A DNA stretch of 64,000 bases from Chrysomallon squamiferum (GCA_012295275.1 CM022672.1:25606001-25670000), one strand, 5' to 3'. Positions 12,386 to 63,157 are shown, counted from the first letter of the stretch. Numbers and translations are program-made. The notes: generated by a model from the letters alone, not told the origin.

Positions 12386-12960
12386 TCTCTTACAAAGCGA
12401 TGTGACTGAACTTGTTTTTCTATTGTAAAAAGGATAGGGAACTCACTATGTTTAAAGCATGCCTATACTGATCCAAATGTGTCTGTGAATTTGATGTGAT
12501 TAGATCCACAAAAATCAGTTACTGATCCAAACACTGGATGTATTTAATTACATCATATAATAATTATTTTAACTATCACAAACAATCGATTATATAACGT
12601 ATTTCCAATACCTGCTGTGTTGCAGGTCTGGTCTTGGTTGATACATCTTCAGTATTTTGGATTTGTTTGCATTTTATAGAATCCCAGAGACGGATATCAA
12701 AGGAGTCATCTCTGACTGACATCAGTCGACTGTCTTGATTTTAACTAACTTACTTGTCAAATTAAAAACATTTCACATCGAATAATTTGTCGAGAAGTCG
12801 ATGATAATATAAAGACTTGGTGTTAAAAGTTTTTTATTTTATTGTTTTATTTTGAAAAATAAATGAATCATGTTATGATGAAACTTCGGTTTATGATATT
12901 TTATACAAAGAACTGGATAAATGTTTAAAACATTCCCTATGTTTGTATGTCATTTTATTT

Positions 12961-12963
<3 letters not shown>

Positions 12964-13044
<81 letters not shown>
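12964..13044. repeat. (CT)n microsatellite
   Basis: Directly visible. Confidence 0.95.
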
Positions 13045-13053
<9 letters not shown>

Positions 13054-14066
13054 TTCGGTATGCCCTGTTGAGCGGATTTGTCTGTGTTGTGTGTGTGCAT
13101 GAATCTAAATTTTGTCGCGACTACTGAATTTAAAAATATAACCCATCAAGAAATAACTGAATGACATATCGGTTTACACTGGGGGGAACCTTTTTGTTTC
13201 TGGAATGTAAATAATTCAAACGTATCAAATGTTAAATCTTCAATGCAGTGTTTTTTGGTTTCAAATGGATCGTTGACTTTCGTGTTTGGGATTATTAAAT
13301 ACTGATATCTGTGTAGGATAGACTGGGTGGTTTTTTCTCTCTGTCTCTGCTGACTAGAAAAGTTAACATTAAGCTTTGACCTGTAACGGGGTTTTATTTT
13401 TATTTATATTTTATTCTATAAAACGTTACTGATATTCGACACGAAGACGAATATGTTGATTAATTTATATTTATGTGTGGGACATTTTGTGGTTATGCGT
13501 GGATAATAATATCTTTTTACATATATATATTTAAGGTCTTTCAGGATTTTTGCTAATATTACGATAATGAATACTTAAATTTGTTTTATGCATCTCTTAG
13601 ACTAGAGAAAGAATTATAAACTATATAAAATGTCTTGAAGGAATATAATACTTTGTGGCTGGACTACATACCAGTTGTTTCACTTCTAAGCAGTAGACAC
13701 TGGTTGTTTTCCATGTGTAGCTGGATACATTTTGCTTAATGTTCGATTTCAATCAAATAACCGTATGACCGTTGAGTTTGAAACGAGTTTTCAAATTATT
13801 CTTACTAAATACATTCTCAGTTATTTATTCAAACCAAGTTTCATTTACATGCAATACACTTCAGAATGTAACTGCATTAACCTAAGTTGTCTGAATTAAA
13901 ATAAATATAATTTTGATAACACGCTAATACAAAAGCTTATAAGAGTGCGTATTTGATTCACTGCCAGCTGTTGACAGTTTATAATTGTATAACTTGAGTA
14001 AATTAATGACACATTTACTAGCAAGTAGTAACGTATGCCAACTCAGTCTCTATCTTTGCTCTCTTT

Positions 14067-14118
<52 letters not shown>

Positions 14119-14133
14119 GACTTCTACAAATAC

Positions 14134-14169
<36 letters not shown>

Positions 14170-14551
14170 GCCCATATTAAGTGCCGATTTAGGTTTATAA
14201 TAATAATAATAATAATAATAAATTAAAAGAGTCTTATATAAACTGTTAAAAGTCAGAAGACGACAAACACATTTTTATTAGTATTGCCTGGTGATTTATT
14301 TAAATTTACAATGACAAATTACTATAAGTATCAAAAATCATACAGACTGCACCACTAAAACATAATTTACAAAGATTATTATTATTGGTCGTTTTATGAT
14401 CAGAAACTAAAACTGTGTCAAAGAAAACGATCATGAAAAAAAGAAATAAAAACATTTTTATTATTATTGCGTACTCAAGTTAGCAAATCTTTGATTTTGT
14501 TCAAATTACTAATTGAATTATTTAACATGAAATTAACAATGCAGTAATAGC

Positions 14552-14595
<44 letters not shown>

Positions 14596-15321
14596 TAATA
14601 ATAATAATAAACAATATGTGATAATAACTTAACAAAGTGTGTACAATAAGCTAACATTTAAAAAATCCATTTATAAATGTCATCTTCATGTAACATAAAT
14701 TTATCCTAAAATAATGGGTGCTTACATTAAATGTTTTAATTTATTTTATTACTTTTTAGTTTATTTTAAACGTACTGGACAAATGACTAAAGTAAGAACA
14801 AATTACAGAAAGTTAATAAATGATCAAATATAAATGAAAACGATTGCACATTTCATTAGTTACATTTCATTCCCGTTTCTATTTATTCATAGTTAACAAC
14901 CAATGTTATAGAAATTAAGTGGTTTGTGCAAAAAAAAAAACATAAACATATTCTCTTTCCAACTATTTTGAAACCTGCTCTACAGTATGACAGCAAAAGA
15001 CTACCGCCATGTAAATCATCTTTTCTTTTCCTATAGTAGCTGGAACAAAATCCAAGATTTTTGTTTTACACAACATATTAGTTTTCTGATACTGTTACAC
15101 TTTAGTATCTATAATACATAATATATCTTATATCTATTTGACAGTACAATTTGGTGAAAACATGCATGTCAAATGCAATAATATTTTTCTATTTACATAA
15201 ATCTACAATGCACGATAACTAATTACATTTACTAAATTTTATAAAAATAAATAAATAAATAAATAAATAAAATAATAATGAAATGGTTTACTGTATTTGC
15301 ACATCCCTGATCTAGGTAAGA

Positions 15322-15359
<38 letters not shown>

Positions 15360-15629
15360 TTATGACTGATCATTTCCAAAATTCAACAAATATCTAAACT
15401 AAAAATACAGATAGTATCTATTTTCTGTTAAATATGATTTTATTATTAAAATATTACCATATTGCCTTGGGGAGTGTTTTCTTTATAATATTTTAACCTT
15501 AAAAAACCAACATATTACTACTATTAAATAAACAACAAATTATTTAAAATAAATGATAAAAGTTATATGTTAATGTGGAATGGTATTCAGTTGCTTATTT
15601 TGTGAAAAAATAAAAATTAAAAATTAAAA

Positions 15630-15697
<68 letters not shown>

Positions 15698-18600
15698 TCG
15701 TATGTACTTACAAATAAACAAAAACGTTTTTTATCTGTACACTATGCACAAAGATTTACATCAAATAACACCATTTACATTTAAACAAACAATTTTAATA
15801 TTTAATTAACTTCAAATCCCATCGTACTGGGAAACATGAAAAAAAAAAAAAAAAAAAAAAAAATTAACTGCTATGTACATTGATGAGTTAAATAAAATTT
15901 CAATGTTCTTTTAGATTTATAGCTTATGATAATCTGTGATACATTTTCTGAAGCAGAAGAAAATTTGTGATTGTTTTAATTTGAATATTTTCATTATATT
16001 TTATTTTGTTGTGTGAGTTAATTGAAATATTAATATAACATATGTTCTCATACCAATGTTACCCAAAAGAAGCATGAACAAAACCATAACATCTATGAGT
16101 TACTAATTATTAAAAAATTAAATATAAAAATAACTCTCATGGTATAATTTTTATTAATGACATAATGTATACACAGTTTTTCATACATACAAAATGAAAA
16201 CCTAATTTGTTATAGATAATTTGGATTAAATGTAAAAAAAAAACACAAAATAAAACAACTTTATTAAAACTTCTTGAGAAAATATAAATAAAATATAAAC
16301 ATAAATAAATAAATATATAAATAAATAAATATTATAATATATATAAAAAAAAATAATAATAATAATGAACAGATATTTGAAAAAAAAAAAAAAAAGAAGA
16401 TATAAATATAATAAATAAATAATAAAAATGAGAGAAACTCTAATGTAACTGAGTTAAATACAAAATAAAAAAATAGATATATATATATGTATTTTAAAAA
16501 CTTTTTTTTATGATTCTTGTAACTTGCTTGATCTGTTGTTACTTAATTTTGGCATCACTGAACAGAAATAAAAATGATTAGAAATGTATAATAAATTATT
16601 TTTTGAAAAAAATCAATAAAGAATCTAACAAAAAAAATAAACAAAATTTTACCAACCATAAAAAAAATAATAATAATTAATTTTTAAAAAATGAAAATAT
16701 AATGATTTATAATAAAATCAAGAAACAATGAATTTTAATTTAATAAATTTTTTTAGGAACTGAAAAAAAAACAAATAAAAGAAAACAGAAATCATAACAA
16801 GAAAAGGAAATAAACAAAACAAAAACAAAAACAAAACCCCCCAAAAACCTTTAGCCCCCCCCATAAAGCCAAAGAAATATCCTACATGTGAGTAAGCCAA
16901 AAACAAAAACAAAAAATAAACAATATTCTATGTATAATGAAAAAATAATTAACTGTGACAAAAATAAAAGCAATATCAATACAGACATTAACAATATCTT
17001 GAAACAAAATTATTTTTATGTAAGAATATTATATTTCAGTAACTGAAGATTTAGAACTAATAACTTCTTGCCTTCTATCCTTTCAACATTTTTATAATGT
17101 TTTAATTATTCTTTAAGAATTGATCTTTAGCACTTTACATAAATATCAACATTTTACTAATCATGACTAACATCTTTTACTTGTTACTGGAGAAAACATA
17201 ATAATGTAGACATTTTATTTTTATTTCAGTATGGCTGTAAAATTATGAATATGTTTTTTCTTTTATTTTCAATATTGTGACAGTGTCATACATACAAAGA
17301 CATAATACTGCTGCTGAAATTAGACATTAAAATATTTTTATCTAGTAGTGCACAAATACAATAACGTCTAGATTTCTTAATTCTTAATAAATATTATTAT
17401 TTTGATTCTGGAGTTGCATAAAAAGAATTTCCAACAAAAAAAAATGCATTCCACTAAAAAGCACTGTGTAACCAAACAGAAAATCAAAATCACGTTTTTA
17501 AAAACATTAACATCATGAGAATGAAAATGGTTCACACATTTAATAGGGAAGAAATAGTTGAATTAAAGTTATTTTATCTGAAGTGGATAGTATTTATGGA
17601 TCTTGCTACAGATATTTTTATGTATGTGTGTGTGTGTGTGTATATATATATCATATGCATCTACATGTATGACATCTATTTGCAAAATCTCAGTTCTGCT
17701 AGAAAGCTACAAATATATGTATGCTTATAACATTCTGAGTTGAACCAAAATGGATTTTTTAAATTATCATTATACACACATACATACATTAACAAGTACA
17801 TACAATAGGACTTGTCATGTGAAACACAAAATATACAATAAAAACTTTAAAAAACCCCAGAATGAAGTAAAAATGCCAAAATACTTGCTGCAGATGACAA
17901 GCTTTCATTAATTATAAATATTACACATATAATGGTATACATCAAATACATTACTACTTGGGACAATAATCATATTTACTCAACATCATATTAAATTACT
18001 CATCAAAGCAAATTAAATAAAAAAAAGTCTATCATTATTTAAATGTTACTGCAGTTAGCTATCACAAATTTGCTATTTTTTTTTTTTTTCCCAACATGTG
18101 AGCTACATGATGTATTCAGACTTACTGAAACGTCATTCAAAACAAACGTCCCCATACCTTTCACCAACAGTCCTCAACCCTCCCTACTTAGCTGACAATG
18201 CCACAAGTTGATATAATGACTCTTTATGAGCCATTTCATGTAGCTTTATCATAAAATCAATAAAATAGAAAATAACAAAACATTAATAATATTTTCAAGA
18301 AAGTGATACATTTATCTATCTCCTGCTGTGTTTTAACATGGGCTTAAACACACTTCAATTTCAATTACATATATGCATAATTTATCTTGGTAACCAAAGA
18401 TTCTTCATATTAAATTCTACTTTACAATCTTTATTTACATTTACATGTTTTATTTATTTTTCCTTCATAACAATTAAAAAAAAAAAAAATAAAATAAAAC
18501 AATAAAGAACAAAAAAGGAAAAACAGAATGGATTAGAAGTCTAGTCTATAATCATTATTTACATTTACAAATCTATTTATTTCTCTTTCATAATAATAAT

Positions 18601-18884
18601 AATAATAATAATAACAATGAAATAAAAAAAAGTTGTGGGGAAAAGGGTTAACTTTGCAATTTCTGACTCTGTTAAAACATTCTTTCCTTTCCCATTTCAT
18701 TAAATGAAAATTAATGTGCACTATTTAATATCAAGTCTTGCTACGACTGGTTTTTTTAATATCGACAGTTACAACACCTAGCTAACACCGAGATCTACAC
18801 CTGTCTAGGAGAGGTGTCTGTAAGTGTACCAGTCTATCTCGAGCATGTGATCATGAAATGTTTTGCTATACACAGATGCAGTGA

Positions 18885-44284
<25,400 letters not shown>

Positions 44285-44811
44285 AGTTTTGTTTTTTTAA
44301 AGTAAACGCAGCAACCTACAAATTCATTTATTTGTCATGGCGGAAGCATAGTGCGTTATGATGATTTAAGCGACATATTAATTCTTAAACCCTGTCTACA
44401 TTGCATTTTGTTACTGTTATAAAATTGAATGTACTATAAAAGGATTTAACATTTTATTATATGTAATATATTTTCAATAACAAATAATTTATATTTTCAA
44501 TGTTGCAGGCGACAAATAACTCTTTTTCAAAAATATATATACTATATGGAAGACAACAATTGTTACTTATGTCCATACAACAGTATTTAAGATAAAACCA
44601 AAAATTACTAAATTATAAATAGCTACTATAACTGTGTTACAAAATATTTTAAATATTTTATGGTACAGAAATATTAAATATTATTTTATTGGCTGGTATC
44701 CACTTCATTATTTCACAATGATTAAAACAAACAAAACAAAATAATTAAAAAAGAAAAATGTCTGTAATAATATTTTCATTTTTAATTATATTTCTTTTTC
44801 TTATACTTCAC

Positions 44812-44867
<56 letters not shown>

Positions 44868-45384
44868 GATAATTTCAAAAAGATTCGTGGAAAATAAATG
44901 ACAAAAAGGTGGAACGGCTGTGATAATTGAAAATTTAGAGTTTCCGAAAGTATGGGAAAAACAGAAATTAAAATAAAATTTACAATTGCTCCGATCATTT
45001 CAGAACAGAACATTATGATTCTGACATGGGATATTGTATCAGTATAAAAACATGTATAATTGTAGGTAATAGTACATTGCTTAATATTCGGTAGAACTCG
45101 TATATTTCCGGAAATAAGTGTCTTTCGGGTTGGTGACTCAGTACAATTTTGTCATTTGCATGGACAAATGAGTATATTGCCTAAATATAGAATTTACGTC
45201 GTCTGAAAAATCTAATTTTATATATCTTTCCTTTTTGCTTTTTCACTTCTTTAAATTATTAAATTTGTTAATTAATAAATAAATTAATCACATTCGAGCA
45301 TAAGAAATTAATTTAGATGTATCAATATCGTTATAATAATGACAGAAACAAGTTCTAACACGATCATATTTTTTAATATTTATA

Positions 45385-45387
<3 letters not shown>

Positions 45388-45477
<90 letters not shown>
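45388..45477. repeat. (CT)n microsatellite
   Basis: Directly visible. Confidence 0.95.
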
Positions 45478-45480
<3 letters not shown>

Positions 45481-45501
45481 AATTCCTCGTTGTTAAGATT
45501 A

Positions 45502-45539
<38 letters not shown>

Positions 45540-47023
45540 TAAAATTAAATTAAATCAATGAAAATAAATTGACACAACAACAATAATAATAATCCTAAAT
45601 TACATGATCATTAAAGTGATATATTCAAGTGCCCTTTGCATCTTTTTTTTTCCCCTCCTTTCCTCTATTCTCTCCTGTTCTGTCTCTCTGTTTCTATCGC
45701 TGACCACTATAACAAGTGTATTTTCAGCTGAATTTATATACATACAGATCAAACTGATTATCCCAACCCTGACACTGTAGGCGATTTGTTATTAATATTT
45801 ATCATCTATATATGTATGTATACACATATATCTAGTTACAGTTAGCCAAGGAGATTTATGAATTCTTCAGCATCGGTAACTCAGTTAAAGTTTAACCAGC
45901 GCAACAGCTTGATCCGAATAATTATTAATCCGTTTAATAATTTATAATTAAGTATTTCGACCAAATAATAATAATAATCATTGCGACATTCCAGTCCGTG
46001 ACCGTTTTGTTTTTGAGGTTTTAAGTTAAAATAAACTAATAATTAGTCTTCTTTCTACGGCATGGTTCAGTTCTAAAAAAAATAAAAAATAAAATTTATT
46101 TTTTTTTTTTTTTATTTTTTGGGGGGTTGTTTTTGTTCTTTTGTTTTTCTTATAAATAATTATATGACTATAAATCAGAATAGCAAATGAAAAGGGCCAT
46201 ATAAAACTAAGAATAGTACCACACCTTGAGTACTAGATTCTAATTCACAGAGTTAAAATTTAAATCGATCTCGATTAGTTTAATTCATTTTTTATTTACT
46301 CATGAAAATTAGTCTTAAATCTAGGTAGAGTTTAAACCCATTTGAACATCGTTTTCTTTAAAACGCAACCTCAGTTACAAATTATTCTTGTTCATGAAAA
46401 AAAAAAAAAAAAAAAAAAAAAACATTGCTTATTTTTCAATCAAAATCCTGGGAACCTAGAACAAAGATCTGACTACTAAAAATAGACAAGAAACAAAATA
46501 TTTGAAAAACCAGCAAGAGCTGTTCCAAACAGTTCTACTTGGCTTTAAAACAGACAGTAAAACAACGCTGAACTGAAACAATGGGATTGTTTTTCCTACA
46601 GAAACAAACTTTTAATTAAATTGGCATACTTTTTAATAAACGTGAGTGATGCTTTCAGTAGTTTTGTCGGACATAAAGGTTTAAAATACAAATACTGTTT
46701 CTGAAAAGTCTGAATCTCGTGAACACAAAAAAAATCGTTCAACTGTTTTACTATATTACTAAAACAATCAATGAATCTGCGTATTCAATGTTTATGATAC
46801 AATACTTTTCTTCATAAAAAAAACAAACAACAAACAAACAGTGTTTATAAGGTGCATATATGGGATCATAGTAAGTAAATAAGAAAATAAGTTAACTGGT
46901 TAATAGGTAGTTAAAAATATGTATATATGCATATATATATAGGACTGATTATTGTCTGTTTTATGTACGTCTGATTAGACTGCACATAGACAATATACTG
47001 GAACGCGCTGGCGCAGGAGAACT

Positions 47024-47250
47024 GTATGTATGTATGTATGTATGTATGTATGTATGCATGCATGCATGCATGTATGTATGTATGTATGAATGTATGTATG
47101 TATGTATGTATGTATCTATGTATGTATGTATGTATCTATTTATCTATGTATGTATGTATGTATGTATGTATGTATGAATGTATGTATGTATGTATGAATG
47201 TATGTATGTGTGTGCATGCGTGCGTGAGTGTGTGTACGTATGTATGTATG
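47024..47250. repeat. (GTAT)n tetranucleotide microsatellite, imperfect
   Basis: Directly visible; source of the MYVC-repeat ORF 47026-47274. Confidence 0.9.
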
Positions 47251-48198
47251 TATATAATTGTATGTTTATATTAATGTTTGTATGACAGTGTGCATGTCCA
47301 TCTTTGTGTGCGTGCGTGTGTTCGTTTGTACATGTCTAGTTCCTTGCATGGATTAATATATGTTTTAATATATATGTATTGAAAGAGGAAGAGGTGATGA
47401 ATGAATGAAGGGATTGAAGAATTTGAGAGGTCTCAAAAGAACAACAATTGCTGATATAGAAAATAAAAAATAAAAAACCAGAACACTCATATTTCAAGAA
47501 GTATAATTTATTTTTCAGGCATCACTCTAATTTCATATAAGATTATTATAATTACTGAAGAAACCGAATAAGTGTTATACAGATTTACAGTCTTAAGATA
47601 AGTACTGTGCAATTTTTGCTGTACCAATGTCAATATACACTTACAATTGTCTTTAAATGTCATCATGCGTTTTCCAGACTATTGTTCTGCGAATCATAAA
47701 TAAGAAAACAGTACTTAACGTAACATTGCTAACATACGTTCACTTACCTTTGACCTTCACAAATCAGTCCATTTAGCAAACTGTGGCGAGACCTGATTGA
47801 GAAAACTAGACAGTCTAATGATTTGCAATTAACTCAGGGAAAATATTTGGTTAATCCCTGTCTGGGTTTTTCCTTCGCTAACCAGGTGCTCGAGTTACGC
47901 ATGACGGACTTGTTGGTGCTGATAAGGCGAGGTGGAACAATCACACAAACAAACCACAACTGAACACCTTTGATTGCACCGCTTTTGTTGAGGCTGATCG
48001 TTTACTCAACGCAGTAAAGAGGTCTTACTGGAGTTTCAGACATCCAATGACACTTTTTGCGTCTAGAGTTTTGCGTAATATCATTAATATGCTAATTTAT
48101 GAACGACTGTTTTGAAAAAAAAAAACCCTTGCATTTGTAAATAAAATTGATATATATTTTAAAAATGATTTTGTATGTTTGTGTGTTTGTGTCTTGTT

Positions 48199-48300
<102 letters not shown>

Positions 48301-48768
48301 ATAATTCAAATACGTGTAAAGCATTTCTATTTTTTAATTACATAACAATATGTTATTCTGCTTGATTCTAGATTTTTTCTCTCGAGACGATCACAAACAT
48401 ACATACACATCAACACAAATAATAAAAAAAGAATACTATTAAGCATATTAATTGTTATTATTGTTGTTGTTGTTATTTATTTCGCAATGATAAATTTTAA
48501 TATATTAATTTTGTATGCAGTTTATTCACCAAAACTTTTTCTTTTTCACTAACGAACTGAAAAATGTGCAGTTTTATTTTTAAAATATTAACTTCCTAAA
48601 CTTCTACTTTTTATAAAAATGTGTAAAATATTTTCTTGAAAAAAAAAACAAACACTGTAATTTGTATGTTTCGTATAAAAAAATATTAACCACCTCTTGA
48701 GATATAAAATGAAATATATCGAGTGCATTATGGTACTCAAATTTTGTTAGTAATTTTGATAATGAAAA

Positions 48769-48803
<35 letters not shown>

Positions 48804-48890
48804 ATATTTAAAACATTTCAGTTGATTAATGCTCATTTAAAAAAAAAACTGAACTATAGTGCTCAGTTAATGTGTAATGTGTGTGAATGT

Positions 48891-48929
<39 letters not shown>

Positions 48930-49440
48930 CTTATTTTAGTGCTAAATTTTTTGAACATGAAGATTTTATTTGCGAAAAGGCTTACAGACCATATATTGCT
49001 TATAAAGAAAAGTCACAAATTATTAAAAAATAAATAAAAAAATAAAAAAATCTGGAAACACATGTAAATTCTTTTACACCATCAATAAAAATTCCATGTT
49101 CCGTTACTTTTGGATGTCAGTTATTTAATAACTAATTAGATTTATCATCGTTAAGCAATGGCTAATCAGTATCAGCCAGGACACCAAACTCATTTTTGTA
49201 GAAGAAAAGAGAATCTAAACCTTTTTGCAACCCAGCTTTTATATATATATTTATATCATTTTATTTCATTTTATTATTCCTTCAGTTTTTAAATCATATT
49301 ATTTATTATTATTATATATTATTGTCAATAAAGATGACATTTTGTTTCAATTGATTTCTTCATAAAATAATCATAATCATAACAATAATAATAATAATAA
49401 CAATAATAATAATAACAATAATAATAATAACAATAATAAT

Positions 49441-49488
<48 letters not shown>

Positions 49489-49699
49489 GGATTTGGATAA
49501 AATAGCGAATAAAAAGGACAGATGGTTGGTTATTAAATTGCTATAGCAACATTAACAGTTCAATGTGATCTCGCGTTTTTGTACGTTCTGTATAAACGAC
49601 ACAAACTTAGTGACAACAACAAACTTATTCCAATGGTTGGATAAGCAGACGACCAAACTGATCAAGCTGTCCATAAACCGTTAGTCCATGCCTACCCAG

Positions 49700-49820
49700 T
49701 GTGACGCTGTCTGATTGGCCTGCGAACTGTACGCTGCAGTCCGATTGGCTGGCGTTCCAGACAAACAAAACCTGTGCCCAGTGGCAAGCTATGTGAACAT
49801 ATGCAAAGTTACCAATTAAA
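49700..49820 (+). promoter_or_regulatory. Proximal promoter of the LIM-homeobox gene with paired inverted CCAAT (NF-Y) boxes
   Basis: CTGATTGGC (ATTGG 49714-49718) and CCGATTGGC (ATTGG 49744-49748), 30 bp apart and ~240-270 bp upstream of the ATG at 49982. Confidence 0.5.
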
Positions 49821-49981
49821 ATGTCTGATAGGTGTCTGGAAAATACAATATATAGATTTTGTAAGGAGAGGCCGAACGTAAACTACGAATAGCAGACGAC
49901 CTATCAGTCACACTCGCAGAGTTTGAGAAATATTACTGAGAGATAGAGAAAAGTTTATTTGCCAAGTTGTGAATTTATAAA

Positions 49982-59131
<9,150 letters not shown>

Positions 59132-62041
59132 AAATGTAGTTCACTTGATAAAAATAAAATAAATATAGATTTTATATGATGTTGATTACTACTACTACTA
59201 CTACTAATAATAATAATAACAAAGGGGGGAAAAAAAATACAATGTAAATTAAGATGACAATATTTTCTTATATATATATATATATATGACTCTTTTTCCA
59301 GACTTGCCAATATCCTTATTATTATTATTATTATTATTACCCGCATCAAAAATCTCTTGCCATTTTATGAAAATAATAAATTAATAAAAACACTTCATAT
59401 TTTTGCACTGATTATGTTTATCTGTACTTAATGTATATAAACTGTCAATAATGTTATAATAAATAATTGTTTAACTAGATGAATTTGTTGTCTTTTGATT
59501 CTTCTGTTTGCTTGTGTAATTGAGAATTTAATACATATTCGACGGATCCAGGATTTTAAAAACGGTGTTGTCTTTGTTGTGATTTAACTTTTAAAATTAA
59601 ATGGGTTGAATTACAACTACCACAAATATATATTACAAATAAATTAGTTTAAGAATTATATTGTCACAGTAAAACGGATAGAAATATTTTTTAAATAGTT
59701 CATTTATATTAGTGTTGTTGTTCTTGTCGTCATCGTTGGATTCGTTGTCGTCGTACTATTACATTGATTTATCCATGTATAAAATATTAATGCTAAAAAT
59801 TCCTTCAGTAAGTAAACGACTTATGCCGACACTTTTGGAATATTACTTGGCTTGTTACAAGTAAGCTATGCAAATATTAAAGACAAAAAATTAGAGAGAA
59901 TGTGGCCTGAAAACACACATTTTATTATTATCATTCTCAAAGTTTTTAAAATTCTCGGGAGTTACACGGTTTTACCACCTATACTTTGATAGTTCACAGT
60001 TTAAGGAAGGATAATCCTCAGATTATTGACCAATCACAGTCCTCGTTGGTTATCTGTAAAAGGTAATGTGGAAGTGACCGGTGCAATCATTTGTCGAAAT
60101 ATATAGATCCTATAAAACCACATACCTCCTACATAAAAACAAGAAATGAAATTTAATCCATTATTTGCTTTGATTTTATGTTCTTTTGCTGCTATTTATG
60201 TACGTACCTAAAGGAACATTTACTATTTATTAATTATAATTTTTATCTTAAATCTCTTGCTTCTAGTTTGTTGTTGTTATTATTATTACGAACATTATTA
60301 AATTTAGTAACTTAGAATAGCATAGTTATAATTCGTATTTACTTTATCAGATTCGTATGATCAAATATCGTATATTTTAAAAAAACCCATAAAACTTCAC
60401 CATTCTCCAATAAAATTTCAATAATTATTAATATTAATTTATATGTGTTGTAATACTTTTAATGAACGTCACAACTCTAATGTTAAAAACTGTAGTAGTA
60501 GTAGTAGTAGTAGTAGTGATAATATGTTGAGGACAAAACTAATATCAATTGTTTATTTCTTGGTCACTTAATACTGAACAGCTACCACAATACACAGAAT
60601 GTGAGAAAACAAAACACAAAAATGTATTTCACTATTATTTTATTTTTATACTTCCTTATTTACACTGTACATATAATACTGGTAAGAAACATAAATACAG
60701 TATTCAGAAAAATATAAATAATATTACCACTTTTATTCTGGAATGTTTCAGTATTCAACATTTATCCTTAAAGTACATTTAAAAAAAAACCTGCATGTGC
60801 AAAAATTAATGTTTTGTGAAATTAAATAATGAAATGAATGATATAATAAATAATACTGATGTAAATGCTTTCAATATTTGATTTTAACCCTTCACTTTTG
60901 TAGAGCTTGTAATGTATAAAATATCTGACAATGTTGACTTGTGTATGTGTACTGACCTGGTCCGGATTCAAAAGGTTAACTAATAATTAAACCAGAAATA
61001 AAACATAATTAAATAAAACTTTGGTTGTTTTTTTTGGTACAATTTCAGGAAGACTAAGTTACAGTGAACTGAATAGTTTTCAACAAATTTTACATGGCAC
61101 ATGACAAATCTTTTCCTGAAATTACTAAAATAAATATAAGTAAGTAAATAAATATTGTGAAAAATAAAAAAGAAGGCTCAAGGTGTTGAAATATGTTATA
61201 TTTATAGCATACATATTTTTGTACTCAACAATGTATTTTGGCATCAGAGTAAGAACAACTCACAAAAAAATGTGATTGATAAAAAGAAAATTTACTGCTG
61301 GAGAATTATCTTCAGCAGATCATCTGGATGTTTTATGTCGTAAGACCAGTTGCATTTTAATTCTTCTCAAATATTATCCCAACTAATTTCTGTTATTAAA
61401 TATTTCTCGTTTGTTGTTTCAAAACATTAAAAAATGCTACAGGTTCATCATCAGACACAGAGAACCAAATATGAGATTATTCAAGAGATTAACAGATTAA
61501 TCAGGTAAAATGTAGGTAGAATGATGGTAATCTAATTTTTGTTCTAAATATAATAACTGTAAATCTAAACACTTTATATTTTTATAGCTTAAAAATCTAT
61601 CCACACATTTATTATTTAATAATAATAGATTAGTTTGATAACCTTTTAGGTAAAACTGATAGTCATTAAAAACAGTTTATCTAAAATTTCATCACTATGA
61701 ATAAAAATAACTTTACTAAATGGTGAATTTATAAAACAAGTATTTTCATATGAAGTTAAAAACATTAATTAGTGATGTAAATCATAATAAATGTATTGTC
61801 ATGAAAACAGAAGTGTAAAGCCAGTTATAATAAAGAATAAAATTAAATTTGATACAAAAACTGTACATACATGGTAAATATCACAATTAAAATAAAAATC
61901 ACAAAGGGAATATTTAAAAATATCAAGTGGAGTGTTATAGATTGGATGGAATGTCATAATTTTGTGCAGTTACAAAGAGTAAATATGATAATGATAATAA
62001 AAAAGCAAGATTAAGACTTACAAGACATTGTGTATATAGAG

Positions 62042-62210
62042 AATAATAATAATGAATAGAGTAAAATAAAATGAATAATTACACAATACAGTAATAATAA
62101 TAATGAATAGAGTAAAATAAAATGAATAATTACACAATACAGTAATAATAATAATAATAATAGTAAAATAAAATGAATAATTACACAATACAGTAATAAT
62201 AATAATAATA
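62042..62210. repeat. ~51-bp tandem repeat, 3 copies
   Basis: The unit ending AGTAAAATAAAATGAATAATTACACAATACAGT occurs three times. Confidence 0.85.
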
Positions 62211-62725
62211 GATTACAGATATTTCTAACTTCACTTGACTTGAATTAATATCAAACTAAAGTTAATTAAAATACTTGTCTACTTTCCAACACATATAAAT
62301 ATATAGAGTCAAAAAGCCAGTGTATATTCAAAATGACCAATATAAAATAACATTATTAAAAATTGTCAGTAACAAATATTCTGCATTCTCAGAGATAATA
62401 AATCAAACATGAAATGTAAAATTTGAGAGATTAAACTCCTACTTTTATTAAAAAATTAAATATATAAATAAATAAAAATATTATATAATAAAATAACACT
62501 TTTAAAAAGAGCCATATGATTTAAAAGAATAGAAAGTCTTTAAAGAGAGAGAGAGAGATATAAAGAGATCTTTAAAAAATATAATGATTAACAATTTTAT
62601 TTTAATTATTATTATTTGTTTTGAATAAATATTAATAATTTATCACATTGTTGATGATGTGTGTTGAAAAAGGCATCTTGTTGAAGATATCTTTACAAAT
62701 GCAGTTCAAGGCACTGGGGCATTAC

Positions 62726-63157
62726 TCATAGATCTAAAATATAAAACAAAAGTTTAAATTACTGCAATGTAATACTCATAATACAGGAATATTTATTTGT
62801 TCTTTTAAAATGAATAAGAAATTTTAGAATTTTTAAAAGGTTAAAATAATAGAAAATGAATGGTTTAACAAAAGGATCTTGTTTTTATTTCTTTATTACT
62901 CACATTAAAATAAATAAGAAAGTTAATAAAATAAAATTAATACTAACAGTCTCTTTCAGGAAATACAGGACTGGCAATTCGGTCTGATGATGTTGACCTT
63001 GACCTTCGACCTGTGAGATAACTTGTACTGGCTCTCGTTAATGGACTAGGAGATCTGTTTCTGTCCTGAAATTGTTATAAAAATAAAAAAACATGTAATA
63101 TTCACACACCATAAAACAATATCTTTTTAAAAACAATATTAATAAATAAATAAAATA

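Noticed and set aside
59540-59570. GGATCCAGGATTT-type word (similar at ~1503-1525), a possible repeat remnant
   Set aside because: Too short and degenerate to define an element without a repeat library.
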